DNA of 64,000 bases, taken from an uncultured Verrucomicrobiae bacterium. GTDB lineage: Bacteria > Verrucomicrobiota > Verrucomicrobiia > Chthoniobacterales > UBA10450. The stretch covers positions 1,088,001 to 1,152,000 of the forward strand of contig CAWFGO010000001.1 in assembly GCA_963815455.1 (NCBI GenBank). Direction: 5' to 3'. Made by a program: the position numbers and the translations under genes. The notes under the pieces are model-generated. The model saw nothing but the letters and a program-made list of their open reading frames with translations. It ran no database searches and was not told where the DNA came from. This document shows positions 48,593 through 57,242 of the stretch, piece after piece; the first letter of the stretch is position 1; each line of letters starts with the position of its first letter.

Positions 48593-50458
48593 TCAGGCGA
48601 TCTCCAATTCCATCTCGGTTTCGTGATGACGCTGGCCGTTGCCGTTATTGCTGCGGCCGCCGTAGTGCTCGGCGATTTTGGTGACAAATTCGTCGATGAA
48701 GATGTGCATGTCGCTGGCTGCTTCCTTCACCTTCGATTGGAGATAGTTGTAGCCGAACAACGCCGGGATCGCGACGGCCAGGCCGGCCACGGTGGCGGCG
48801 AGCGCGGCGGCGATGCCGGGAGCGATCGCGTTCACGTTCACGTCTCCCTGCGCGGCAATGGCGGCGAACGTGATCATCACGCCGATAACCGTGCCTAACA
48901 ATCCAAGGAATGGACCGCCCGAGATGGCGATCGTTAACAGCACCATCAAGTCGCTCAGCTTTTGCGTTTCCTTCACCAACGCGCCATCGAGCATCGCCCG
49001 GATGGCCTGAATCGATCTGGCGGAGAGGAGATGCGATTCCGCCGCGCCTTCCACGGCCAGCCGGTGCCGGACTTCTTCCGCGCCGATCTTATAGATCCGA
49101 TAAACCGAAGCGAATCTTACGATTTGCCGTTCGCGATTGTCGATCCTGCCACCCAGCGAAAGAACTTTGCGCGCGTCCCGCTGGTCCAGAAAACTCAGGT
49201 CTGCGGCCACATCCTTCCAATCACGAAAGAACTGATTGTTCCCGGCAATAGTGGCCGAGAGATACTTCGCCTTGTTCACCATCACGACCCAGCTGATGGC
49301 GGACATCACCACCAGAACGCAGATCACCAGCCAGCCGTCGAGAGTGAGCGAGCTGAGAATAATGCCGACATATCCCCCGCTGAACCAGCTCGTGCGTGTT
49401 TCGTCATTCGCAAACGCGAACAGCTTCGAGCCTTTGTCCGGGCCCTGATTCATCGCCGCGACCTTGATGAAGCCGGCCGAGCGCGCCGTATTTGAAATCT
49501 CAAGCTCATCCATCTCGCCCGCGAACCCGGTGCCGCCATTGGCATCGCCGCCCAATGAAAGCGCCGCCGTGGAAGGCGGCAGGGGCGTGTTCAAGGTGGC
49601 CGTGCTCTGGCCATCTATATATAGAGTGATTGTCGATTCTTTGGCCGTGGCCGCGATATGATGCCAACCCCCAGCCGTCAGCGGCGGTGCGCCTGCCGTT
49701 CGCGTGCCGTTTACGTCGACAAACGGAACGCCGTTGTCGGCGCCGATAACAAGATTGTCACGCCGGAAAATGATCGCATTTGATTGATTGGCCACCGGTT
49801 TCACCCAGATCGACCAGGTCATCTCCCCGCCTTCGGTCCAGGCCAGCGATTCCGAGTTTGGAATCGTGACCGGGTTTGTCCCGTCGAACCGCACGCCCGG
49901 CCCAATCAACGCGCCCATTACCGGAACGGCAGCATTCTGCGCGTTGTTAGCGTAGGTGGTGAAATCGTGCGCCGCCGCGTTGTTTTCGTTGAAATGATAA
50001 ACCAACGCCGTTTTGACGTCGTAGGTCGCTTTCGGATCGTCGGCCCGGATCGCTTTCGAACCGAGATTGCCATAATACATCCAGAACGTCGTCTTCGCGC
50101 CCGCCTTGATGTCGGGAACGTTCACCCAAACGAACGCTTCATTGAGAATCCCATCGTATTTTTCGATGTGATAGCTCAACAGCGTCTTGTCGTCGGCGGC
50201 CACAAACCGGATGTCGCTGCCGTCTTCCTTCGCCTCGGTGAATCGGAAATTGCCGTCATGCAGACGGATCAGAATCGGCGTGGCGCCAATCGGATCGGCA
50301 ATGGCCGCGCCGTTGGTCGAGGTATCGATGTCGATCTTCTTTCGAACGGTCCACTCCTTGTTCCACCACGAAGCATCGGCGTCGCTCGGGGCCAGAAACA
50401 AAACGGCGGCGACGATTACAATGAGCGGGCATGTCGATCTAAAAAGATTTGTCTTCAT
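48593..50458 (-). CDS. DUF2341 - LamG/ConA-like - MotA/TolQ/ExbB fusion protein
   Basis: WWNKEW, DGSDIRF, WMYYGN; WHHIA...LYIDG...MDELEIS; GPFLGLLGTVIG...APGIAAALAATVAGLAVAIPA. Confidence 0.88.
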   Translation of the reverse strand: MKTNLFRSTCPLIVIVAAVLFLAPSDADASWWNKEWTVRKKIDIDTSTNGAAIADPIGATPILIRLHDGNFRFTEAKEDGSDIRFVAADDKTLLSYHIEKYDGILNEAFVWVNVPDIKAGAKTTFWMYYGNLGSKAIRADDPKATYDVKTALVYHFNENNAAAHDFTTYANNAQNAAVPVMGALIGPGVRFDGTNPVTIPNSESLAWTEGGEMTWSIWVKPVANQSNAIIFRRDNLVIGADNGVPFVDVNGTRTAGAPPLTAGGWHHIAATAKESTITLYIDGQSTATLNTPLPPSTAALSLGGDANGGTGFAGEMDELEISNTARSAGFIKVAAMNQGPDKGSKLFAFANDETRTSWFSGGYVGIILSSLTLDGWLVICVLVVMSAISWVVMVNKAKYLSATIAGNNQFFRDWKDVAADLSFLDQRDARKVLSLGGRIDNRERQIVRFASVYRIYKIGAEEVRHRLAVEGAAESHLLSARSIQAIRAMLDGALVKETQKLSDLMVLLTIAISGGPFLGLLGTVIGVMITFAAIAAQGDVNVNAIAPGIAAALAATVAGLAVAIPALFGYNYLQSKVKEAASDMHIFIDEFVTKIAEHYGGRSNNGNGQRHHETEMELEIA

Positions 50459-50481
50459 ATGGATTGGCTGTGGCAGGAGTT

Positions 50482-52110
50482 TCAAAAATCCGCCCAGAGA
50501 CGGAACGTGAGTCGCAAATCGAGCGCGGCGGTTTGTATTTGGCTGATGAAAGGCAGCGCTGCATCGAGCGAGCCGTTAAAGTGATTTCGAAAACGAATCC
50601 GGGTGCCGGCGCCGATGCTGGCAAGGGCAAACGTCGAATCCTGTTCCGGCAACGGATCGATCAGGCCGAGATAGCCGCCATCGGCAAAGGCGTAGAAACG
50701 CCATTCGTCGGCGGCGTCATCGCCCGGCGAGGGAAGCAACGACGGTCCTCGCAGCTCGATCATCCCGATGAACCCGTTGTCACCCAGTGTTTCCGCTTCA
50801 AGATAACCACGCACCGTCGAGAGCCCGCCGCCAGCGAACTGCTCGCTGCTGACCAGCGCTTGATCGGAAACCTGGCCCTGGATTTTTCCAAACGCCTGCC
50901 AGCCGGCCGGCAGATCGCGTTGGTGGGAAAGATCGGACCGGATATAAATGAAATTCGGGCCCGCTTTGTAGCGATTGAAATCGAATTCGACCGTGTCGCT
51001 CCCCACTTCGCCGACGTTGAAGGTCAGTCCGAAGTTGGCGTTTGTGATCGCGCCCTTTTGCGCCCAGGTCGCGCTGTAATTGGCGCTGAGCGGATAATAC
51101 GTGACCGGGGTCTCCAACATCTCACCAGAGATGACCAGGTTCTGAAGAAAATGTTTGTAATCGACGCCCAGCGTTAACGAATGATAAAAATCGTTCAGCT
51201 GCGGAAACGTGATAATGGCACGGGCCCCGATAATTTCGCCGCGGCCTGCGACATCGATCGTGCCAAGGGTGGAGACGTTCGATTCCTGTTTGATCCCCTG
51301 GACGAGAAGGGTCAGCCAGCTCGGATCGTCGAAACGCACGACATAGTAGCCGGAATAAACTTTCACCTCGCTGATGTCTTCCGGCGAGATTTGCAGACTG
51401 CCCCCGATGGAGTGACCGAGCTGCCAGAGATTGTTGTAACTCAGGGACGCATTAAGCCGCAGCGATGTGGTGTCGGCGCTGTAGCGATTGTTCAACTCCA
51501 GGCCGCCGTGCAGCGGGAACGTGTCCGTCACGGTAAGATCGACATCGACCGTTCCCGGAACCACCCCCGCCTTGAGCGAAGGCGTAACCCGACGGTCTGG
51601 CCATCGGTTTAACGAGACAACGTCTCGCGTGACCTCGTTAAAATTCGGCACGCTGCCTTCGGCCAGAGACGGCGTGTTCTGCTTGATCTTCGAAAGCAGG
51701 TAATAACGCGATCCATGAACCCGCAATCGTCCCACGGTGCTCTCGACGACTTTCAAAACGATAACGCCACGAGCGCCCTGTTGCGGCGGGACCTGCACCG
51801 ACACCGTCTGAAAACCTTTGGATTGATAGGCTTTTTCCAGCGCCGCCCGTGCTTGTTCGACATCTTCCGGACCACGGGCCGGCCCGAGGAATGGATAAAC
51901 AGCCTCTTCGATCTCGGCCTTGGTCAAACGGTGCGCCCCGAGCACCCTGTATTGTTTGATAAATAGCGACCCAATCTCCGGTTTCGATTCGACGCCCGGA
52001 CAGGGCATTGCGCCCAGAACCAGAAGGATCGACATCGCCACGAGAATGCGGCCCGCGATCTGCCCATTCTGCCTCGGCGCACAAGGAAAGGAATTTTTGA
52101 GAGTCCCCAC
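50482..52110 (-). CDS. ShlB/FhaC/HecB TpsB outer-membrane transporter
   Basis: POTRA (LEKAYQSKGF...VPPQ), NLWQLGH, VRGY motif, terminal F. Confidence 0.92.
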   Translation of the reverse strand: MGTLKNSFPCAPRQNGQIAGRILVAMSILLVLGAMPCPGVESKPEIGSLFIKQYRVLGAHRLTKAEIEEAVYPFLGPARGPEDVEQARAALEKAYQSKGFQTVSVQVPPQQGARGVIVLKVVESTVGRLRVHGSRYYLLSKIKQNTPSLAEGSVPNFNEVTRDVVSLNRWPDRRVTPSLKAGVVPGTVDVDLTVTDTFPLHGGLELNNRYSADTTSLRLNASLSYNNLWQLGHSIGGSLQISPEDISEVKVYSGYYVVRFDDPSWLTLLVQGIKQESNVSTLGTIDVAGRGEIIGARAIITFPQLNDFYHSLTLGVDYKHFLQNLVISGEMLETPVTYYPLSANYSATWAQKGAITNANFGLTFNVGEVGSDTVEFDFNRYKAGPNFIYIRSDLSHQRDLPAGWQAFGKIQGQVSDQALVSSEQFAGGGLSTVRGYLEAETLGDNGFIGMIELRGPSLLPSPGDDAADEWRFYAFADGGYLGLIDPLPEQDSTFALASIGAGTRIRFRNHFNGSLDAALPFISQIQTAALDLRLTFRLWADF

Positions 52111-52153
52111 GCGCTGATTATGCGGTCGCGACGGGGGCTCTCAAGACGTGGGT

Positions 52154-52241
52154 AGTTACATTTGTGCGACCAAATGTGACAACCGCGTGACGATTGCAAG
52201 ATGTCACCGAATCTTAACAGAACGGTAACGCGATTGCCATT
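52154..52241. promoter_or_regulatory. Back-to-back Pho-box-like arrays (divergent promoter)
   Basis: Minus strand: GTCACG, GTCACA, GTCGCA, GTAACT (52191 to 52154). Plus strand: GTCACC 52203, TTAACA 52214, GTAACG 52225, GCCATT 52236, then TAGTAT at 52252. Confidence 0.75.
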
Positions 52242-52295
52242 TTGATCCGCTTAGTATCGGCGAAGCGTCAATGACAGAGCCCGTCTGCAGTTTCT

Positions 52296-53072
52296 ATGAA
52301 TCAACCCATCCAGTTTGCCACCGACACCCTCGTTGCCAGGCAGGGGCGACACGGCTTTTCCACCTCGACCACGCATATGCCCGCGAAACCGAGCAAAAAC
52401 ATTCTCATAATCGAGGATGAGCAGGACGTGATTGATTTGCTTGGACTACACCTCTTAAAAGAGGCCGCCTATACCGTCTCCACCGCGACCAACGGCGTGG
52501 CCGGCTTGGAAAAAGCGCGAGCCGAGCTGCCATGGATGATCATCCTCGATCTGATGCTACCGAAAATGTCGGGTCTGGAAATTTGCCGAATTCTTAAGGC
52601 CGACCCAGTGACCCGTCATATTCCGATCATCATGTTAACGGCCAAGGCCAGCGAAGCGGATCGAGTCGCCGGACTCGAGTTGGGAGCGGACGATTACGTC
52701 ACCAAGCCGTTTAGTCCGCGCGAAGTCGTCCTGCGAATCAAGGCCATCGAGCGTCGGCGCGTCGCCGAAGTAACCGATGAAAAGCTGATTGTCGGAACCA
52801 TCACGCTCGATCCGGTACGGCATCATGTCGATGTTGCCGGGAAAGCCGTGCGCCTAACGACTGCCGAGTTTAAGTTGCTTACCATGCTGATGAAAAAACC
52901 AGGACGCCTGCTTTCCCGCGAGATGCTACTCACCGGCGCGTGGGGCTATGAGACGTTGATTAATACCCGGACTGTCGATACCCACGTCCGGCGCCTGCGA
53001 CACAAGCTTGGCAAAGGCGCCCGCGCAATCGAAACCGTCCGCGGGTTCGGTTACCGGATGCGGCAGGATTAA
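52296..53072 (+). CDS. OmpR/PhoB-family response regulator (start may be 52377)
   Basis: ILIIEDE, LDLMLP, GADDYVTKPFSPRE, TRTVDTHVRRLRHKL and IETVRGFGY. Confidence 0.93.
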   Translation: MNQPIQFATDTLVARQGRHGFSTSTTHMPAKPSKNILIIEDEQDVIDLLGLHLLKEAAYTVSTATNGVAGLEKARAELPWMIILDLMLPKMSGLEICRILKADPVTRHIPIIMLTAKASEADRVAGLELGADDYVTKPFSPREVVLRIKAIERRRVAEVTDEKLIVGTITLDPVRHHVDVAGKAVRLTTAEFKLLTMLMKKPGRLLSREMLLTGAWGYETLINTRTVDTHVRRLRHKLGKGARAIETVRGFGYRMRQD

Positions 53073-53073
53073 C

Positions 53074-53676
53074 ATGTCTCTCGAGGCGATTCGTCCTCTG
53101 TCAGTGTGCCTGATGGCGCTGTCTATCGTGCTTTCGCTTGGGCAAAGCGCTCCAGCGCTGTCACCGGCCGCAGAGATTATTGTCAGCGTTCCGGACCAGG
53201 AGCTGGCATTGATCGATCGAAGCAGATTGATCATGCGGTATCGGGTTTCCACTTCGAAATTTGGAACTGGCGACGGCGTGGGAACTTATCGCACACCGCT
53301 CGGCACGCTGTTCGTCTCCGGAAAATTTGGCGATCGTCTGGCCGCCGGAGCCGTGATCAAGAACCGCGTGGCTACAGGCGAGCTTGTCGATCCTAACGCG
53401 CCAGGCCGGGACGCGATTGTTTCGCGCGTTATCTGGTTGCGCGGGAAAGAGGCGCAGAACAGCGCCGCGCACGATCGCTGCATTTACATTCACGGCACCC
53501 CGGAAGAACGTCGCATCGGCAAACCGGCCAGCTTTGGTTGCATCCGAATGCGCTCCGCGGATGTTATCGCGCTTTATCGGTTTGCCCACATCGGAATGCA
53601 CGTCACTGTGACGCGGAAACGGATCGTCGATTTTCTGCCCCCGGAGGAATCGAGCCTTTTCGCCAGAGCGGACTAA
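53074..53676 (+). CDS. L,D-transpeptidase (YkuD family)
   Basis: Motifs VSTSKFG, TPLG and IYIHGT...ASFGCIRM. Confidence 0.88.
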   Translation: MSLEAIRPLSVCLMALSIVLSLGQSAPALSPAAEIIVSVPDQELALIDRSRLIMRYRVSTSKFGTGDGVGTYRTPLGTLFVSGKFGDRLAAGAVIKNRVATGELVDPNAPGRDAIVSRVIWLRGKEAQNSAAHDRCIYIHGTPEERRIGKPASFGCIRMRSADVIALYRFAHIGMHVTVTRKRIVDFLPPEESSLFARAD

Positions 53677-53682
53677 GCGAAA

Positions 53683-54117
53683 ATGAAGAAGAAAGTTCTG
53701 TTTATTTGTGTTCATAACAGCGCTCGCAGCCAGATGGCGGCAGCGTTACTCAATAAGATCTGCGGTGACGATTTCGAAGGCCACAGCGCCGGACTCGAAC
53801 CCGGCACCATCAACCCGCTGGCCGTGGAAGCGCTGCGCGAAATCGGAATCGACATTTCCAAGAACAAGCCCCAGAGCGTGTTCGACGTCTTTAAATCCGC
53901 GCAACTTTTCCCGTTCGTAATCACGGTTTGCAGCGAGAGCGAAGCGCAAGGCTGCCCGATCTTTCCCGGTGTATCCACCCGTTTGCACTGGCCATTCCCC
54001 GACCCGGCCAAGCTTACCGGTTCGTGGGAAGAGAAACTGGCGGGCACCCGCAAGATTCGGGACCAAATTCGCGCCCGGATCGTAACCTGGTGCAAGGAAA
54101 CGTCCGTTTCCGGTTAA
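53683..54117 (+). CDS. arsC: Arsenate reductase (thioredoxin-coupled, LMW-PTP fold)
   Basis: Motifs CVHNSARSQMA, VITVC...CPIFP and HWPFPDP. Confidence 0.88.
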   Translation: MKKKVLFICVHNSARSQMAAALLNKICGDDFEGHSAGLEPGTINPLAVEALREIGIDISKNKPQSVFDVFKSAQLFPFVITVCSESEAQGCPIFPGVSTRLHWPFPDPAKLTGSWEEKLAGTRKIRDQIRARIVTWCKETSVSG

Positions 54118-54189
54118 CGCGTCGGAGCCGGGCGAGCCTGGCAGTTGCCAAAAAAATTTCTTGTTGCCTGGCGGGATTGCCGTGGTTAT

Positions 54190-54213
54190 ATATTTAACCA
54201 TATGGTTAAATAT
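54190..54213. promoter_or_regulatory. Perfect 24-bp palindrome, likely ArsR-family operator
   Basis: ATATTTAACCAT|ATGGTTAAATAT overlapping the start codon; TTGCCT-17bp-TATATA upstream. Confidence 0.8.
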
Positions 54214-54558
54214 CCGTCGCCCACATTGGATCGCACCTTCGCCGCCCTGGCCGATCCCACCCGGCGGCGAATCCTGGCTCATCTGGCCCGCGGCTCCAAA
54301 CGGGTCACTCATCTGGCCCGGCCGCATGACATGTCGCTGCCGGCGGTCTCGAAACATTTGCGGGTTCTCGAAAAGGCGGGCCTCCTTCGCCGCCGGCGCT
54401 ATGGACGAGTGCATGAAATGCAGTTGGAAGCCGAGCCGCTAAGAAGGGCAGCGCAATGGGTCGAGGAGTATCGGAAATTCTGGGAGGCCTCGCTCGACCG
54501 GCTCGCCGACTATTTGGAAAAAACAAACAAGGCTGTGGCCAGGAAAGGAAAAAAATAG
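54202..54558 (+). CDS. ArsR/SmtB-family transcriptional regulator
   Basis: Motifs FAALADPTRRRIL and SLPAVSKHLRVLEKAGL. Confidence 0.93.
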   Translation: MVKYPSPTLDRTFAALADPTRRRILAHLARGSKRVTHLARPHDMSLPAVSKHLRVLEKAGLLRRRRYGRVHEMQLEAEPLRRAAQWVEEYRKFWEASLDRLADYLEKTNKAVARKGKK

Positions 54559-54560
54559 CC

Positions 54561-54695
54561 ATGTGTCCCGTTTGCTTCGCCAATCTCGTCTTGGTGACAC
54601 TTGGCGCGACTTCGAGCGGCGGGTTGACGACGTTCGCGCTCGCGAAATTTCTTAGACGAAAAAAGCAAAGAGAAAATCAGAGGAACCAAAAATGA
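54561..54695 (+). CDS. Small CxxC membrane peptide (44 aa)
   Basis: MCPVCFANLVLVTLGATSSGGLTTFALAKF; ATGA overlap with the next gene. Confidence 0.6.
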   Translation: MCPVCFANLVLVTLGATSSGGLTTFALAKFLRRKKQRENQRNQK

Positions 54696-55435
54696 AACTC
54701 ATGGAAATGAAAACACCCACAATCGTCTCACCGCATGAGTGGGAGGCTGCACGCCAGCAACTGCTGGTGAAAGAGAAAGAGTTAACCCGGGCCCGGGACG
54801 CCCTCGCCGCCGAGCGTCGCCGGATGCCGTGGCTGGCGGTGAAGAAGAATTATGAATTCGACGGACCCGGCGGCAAGGTGAGTCTGCTCGATCTGTTCGA
54901 GGGGCGCCGTCAGTTGATCGTCTACCGCGCGTTTTTTGAACCCGGCGTGAAGGGCTGGCCCGAACATGCATGTGTTGGCTGTTCCATGGTGGCCGACCAG
55001 GTTGCCCACGTCGCCCATCTGAACGCGCGCGATACGACTCTCGCGTTTGCCTCACGCGCGTCGCAGAAGGACATCGAGCGTCTGAAAGCGCGGATGGGCT
55101 GGGAGATACCCTGGTATACCATAACGGACAACTTCGACAAAGACTTCGGCGTGGACGAGTGGCATGGCACGAACGCATTCATCCGCGACGGCGACAAAGT
55201 GTTTCGCACCTACTTCATCGACAATCGCGGCGACGAGCAGATGGGGAACACTTGGAACTACCTCGATATCACCGCGCTCGGGCGCCAGGAAGAGTGGGAG
55301 GACTCGCCCGAGGGTTATCCCCAGACTCCACCGTACGAATGGTGGATCTGGCACGACGAACCAAACGAGACGGGCCAAAATCGACCCGGCCTGGTGCAAC
55401 TCCACGCCGCCCGGGCCTACTCGCAGGGCGACTAG
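54692..55435 (+). CDS. DUF899 thioredoxin-like protein
   Basis: Motifs LLVKEKELTR, LLDLFEGRRQL, CVGCS and ALGRQEEWED. Confidence 0.9.
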   Translation: MKLMEMKTPTIVSPHEWEAARQQLLVKEKELTRARDALAAERRRMPWLAVKKNYEFDGPGGKVSLLDLFEGRRQLIVYRAFFEPGVKGWPEHACVGCSMVADQVAHVAHLNARDTTLAFASRASQKDIERLKARMGWEIPWYTITDNFDKDFGVDEWHGTNAFIRDGDKVFRTYFIDNRGDEQMGNTWNYLDITALGRQEEWEDSPEGYPQTPPYEWWIWHDEPNETGQNRPGLVQLHAARAYSQGD

Positions 55436-55439
55436 AAAT

Positions 55440-55814
55440 ATGAATCGCGTAACGCATTTTGAGATTTACACCGACGATCCGGAAGTGGTGCAGCCGTTTT
55501 ATCGGGATGTTTTCGGATGGAAGTTCAGCAAATTCGAAGGTGGCCCGATCGAGTATTGGGTGGTGACAACCGGCGACGACAAGGAACCGGGAATCAATGG
55601 CGGGATCACTCGGCCGCGGGAGGGCCAAAGCGCCGGCACGTTGAACACGATCGCAGTCCCGTCGGTCGATCAAACAATAATGAAGATCGAGCAGCGCGGC
55701 GGAAAGATCTGTGTGCCGAAGATGGCGATCCCGAAGGTCGGGTGGCTGGCTTATGCCGAAGATCCCGGCGGCAACGTTTTCGGAATCATCGAACCAGACG
55801 TTAAGGCAAAGTAG
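55440..55814 (+). CDS. VOC/glyoxalase family protein
   Basis: Motifs VTHFEI, FYRDVFGW, GINGG and DPGGNVFG. Confidence 0.9.
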   Translation: MNRVTHFEIYTDDPEVVQPFYRDVFGWKFSKFEGGPIEYWVVTTGDDKEPGINGGITRPREGQSAGTLNTIAVPSVDQTIMKIEQRGGKICVPKMAIPKVGWLAYAEDPGGNVFGIIEPDVKAK

Positions 55815-55815
55815 C

Positions 55816-56262
55816 ATGACCACAAAAAACGAACTGACGGAAGCGGTGATAATGGAACGAACCTTCGACGCACCGGTGGAGCGACTTTGGAAAGCGCTGA
55901 CAGATGTCGATCAAATGCGCGAATGGTACTTTGACCTTGAAGAATTCAAACCCGAAGTCGGCTTTGAATTTGAATTTATCGTCGAGCACCAGAGCAGGAA
56001 ATATCATCACCTGTGCAAGATCATCGAGGTCGTTCCCCAAAGGAAGATCGCCTACACCTGGCGATATAAAGGCGAACAGGGCGACTCCCTGGTCACGTTT
56101 GAATTGTTCGCCGCTGGCGACAAGACGCGGCTGAAACTGACTCACACAGGCCTGGAGACTTTTCCAGACACTCCGGCATTCGCGCGCAAGAATTTCAACG
56201 AAGGGTGGACACAAATCATTGGCACTTCGCTGAAGGAATTTCTTGAGAAAGAAAAATCATGA
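55816..56262 (+). CDS. SRPBCC/AHSA1 domain protein
   Basis: Motifs APVERLWKALTD, YTW...SLVTFEL and TRLKLTH. Confidence 0.88.
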   Translation: MTTKNELTEAVIMERTFDAPVERLWKALTDVDQMREWYFDLEEFKPEVGFEFEFIVEHQSRKYHHLCKIIEVVPQRKIAYTWRYKGEQGDSLVTFELFAAGDKTRLKLTHTGLETFPDTPAFARKNFNEGWTQIIGTSLKEFLEKEKS

Positions 56263-56711
56263 AAACCGATGATACGGCGAAAACGAGTCTGGAAATCAAA
56301 CGTCTGATCAAGGCTCCGCGTGAGCGCGTTTACGCCGCCTGGACCGATCCCGCGCAGTTGAAACAGTGGTTTGGCCCGGAGAATGTTCAGACTCATAATC
56401 TGGTCGCCGACGTTCGGGTCGGCGGCAATTACCAATGGGACCTCAGCAATACCGAAGGCGAACGAATGACCGTGCGGGGCGAATACCGCGAGCTGGAGCC
56501 AGGCAAGAAGATTGTCTTCACCTGGCAATGGGATGACGACGAGGTTTGGGAAAATCGCACCAGCATCGTAACGGTCGAACTCTACGATGCCGACGGCGGA
56601 ACGGAACTTCGTTTAAGGCACGTCCAACTGCCGAGTGAACAATCGCGCGATCGCCATGGCGAGGGCTGGAACAGCGTCCTCGACCGGTTGGAGAAATTAT
56701 TTAGCACATAA
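56259..56711 (+). CDS. SRPBCC/AHSA1 domain protein
   Basis: Motifs APRERVYAAWTDP, WFGP and HGEGW. Confidence 0.88.
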   Translation: MKTDDTAKTSLEIKRLIKAPRERVYAAWTDPAQLKQWFGPENVQTHNLVADVRVGGNYQWDLSNTEGERMTVRGEYRELEPGKKIVFTWQWDDDEVWENRTSIVTVELYDADGGTELRLRHVQLPSEQSRDRHGEGWNSVLDRLEKLFST

Positions 56712-56713
56712 AT

Positions 56714-56764
56714 TGCCTGGCCCGCCGTAGGTCCGAGCCGGACTGGCATTTGGCGAAGGCGGGT
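56714..56764. repeat. Short palindromic element (family C)
   Basis: cccgccgtaggtccgagccggactggcatttggcgaaggcggg. Confidence 0.55.
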
Positions 56765-56789
56765 CGATCCAAATAACAGTGGAGGAAAA

Positions 56790-57167
56790 ATGAATACCGA
56801 AGAAGTGGCAAGAAAAGTGGTGGAGCTTGTTCGCAAACAGGCTTGGTACGAGGCGCTCGACACGCTTTACGACAACGACATTGTCAGCGTCGAAGCGTTC
56901 AGCGCAGGCGGCGGTCCGGCGGAAACTCGCGGCAAAGAAGGCGTTCGCGGCAAAATCGACTGGTGGGTGAACGCGATGGAGGTTCGTAGTTTCAAGGCGA
57001 GTGAGCCTTTTGTCGCCCATGATCGTTTTGTCGTGCAATACGATGCCGATGTAACCGACAAAAAGTCCAAACAGCGACGCCAGATGTCGGAAGTCGGCGT
57101 TTACACCGTCAAAGACGGCAAAATCGCGCGCGAAGAATTCCTGCCAAGAACCGTAGCGGCATCATGA
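56790..57167 (+). CDS. SnoaL/NTF2-like protein
   Basis: SD ggagg; LY..DIVSVEA and EVGVYTVKDGKIAREEF. Confidence 0.85.
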   Translation: MNTEEVARKVVELVRKQAWYEALDTLYDNDIVSVEAFSAGGGPAETRGKEGVRGKIDWWVNAMEVRSFKASEPFVAHDRFVVQYDADVTDKKSKQRRQMSEVGVYTVKDGKIAREEFLPRTVAAS

Positions 57168-57242
57168 TCCGGGCCGAGACTCCGTTTGTGGTCTCGGCGA
57201 CGCCGACGGGATTGTGCCCCGAATCGGCGCCGCCGTTTCGAT

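Noticed and set aside
53683..54558. Canonical ars resistance operon (arsC plus arsR)
   Set aside because: The ArsR lacks metal-binding cysteines and heads an SRPBCC/DUF899 operon with its own promoter; there is no acr3/arsB
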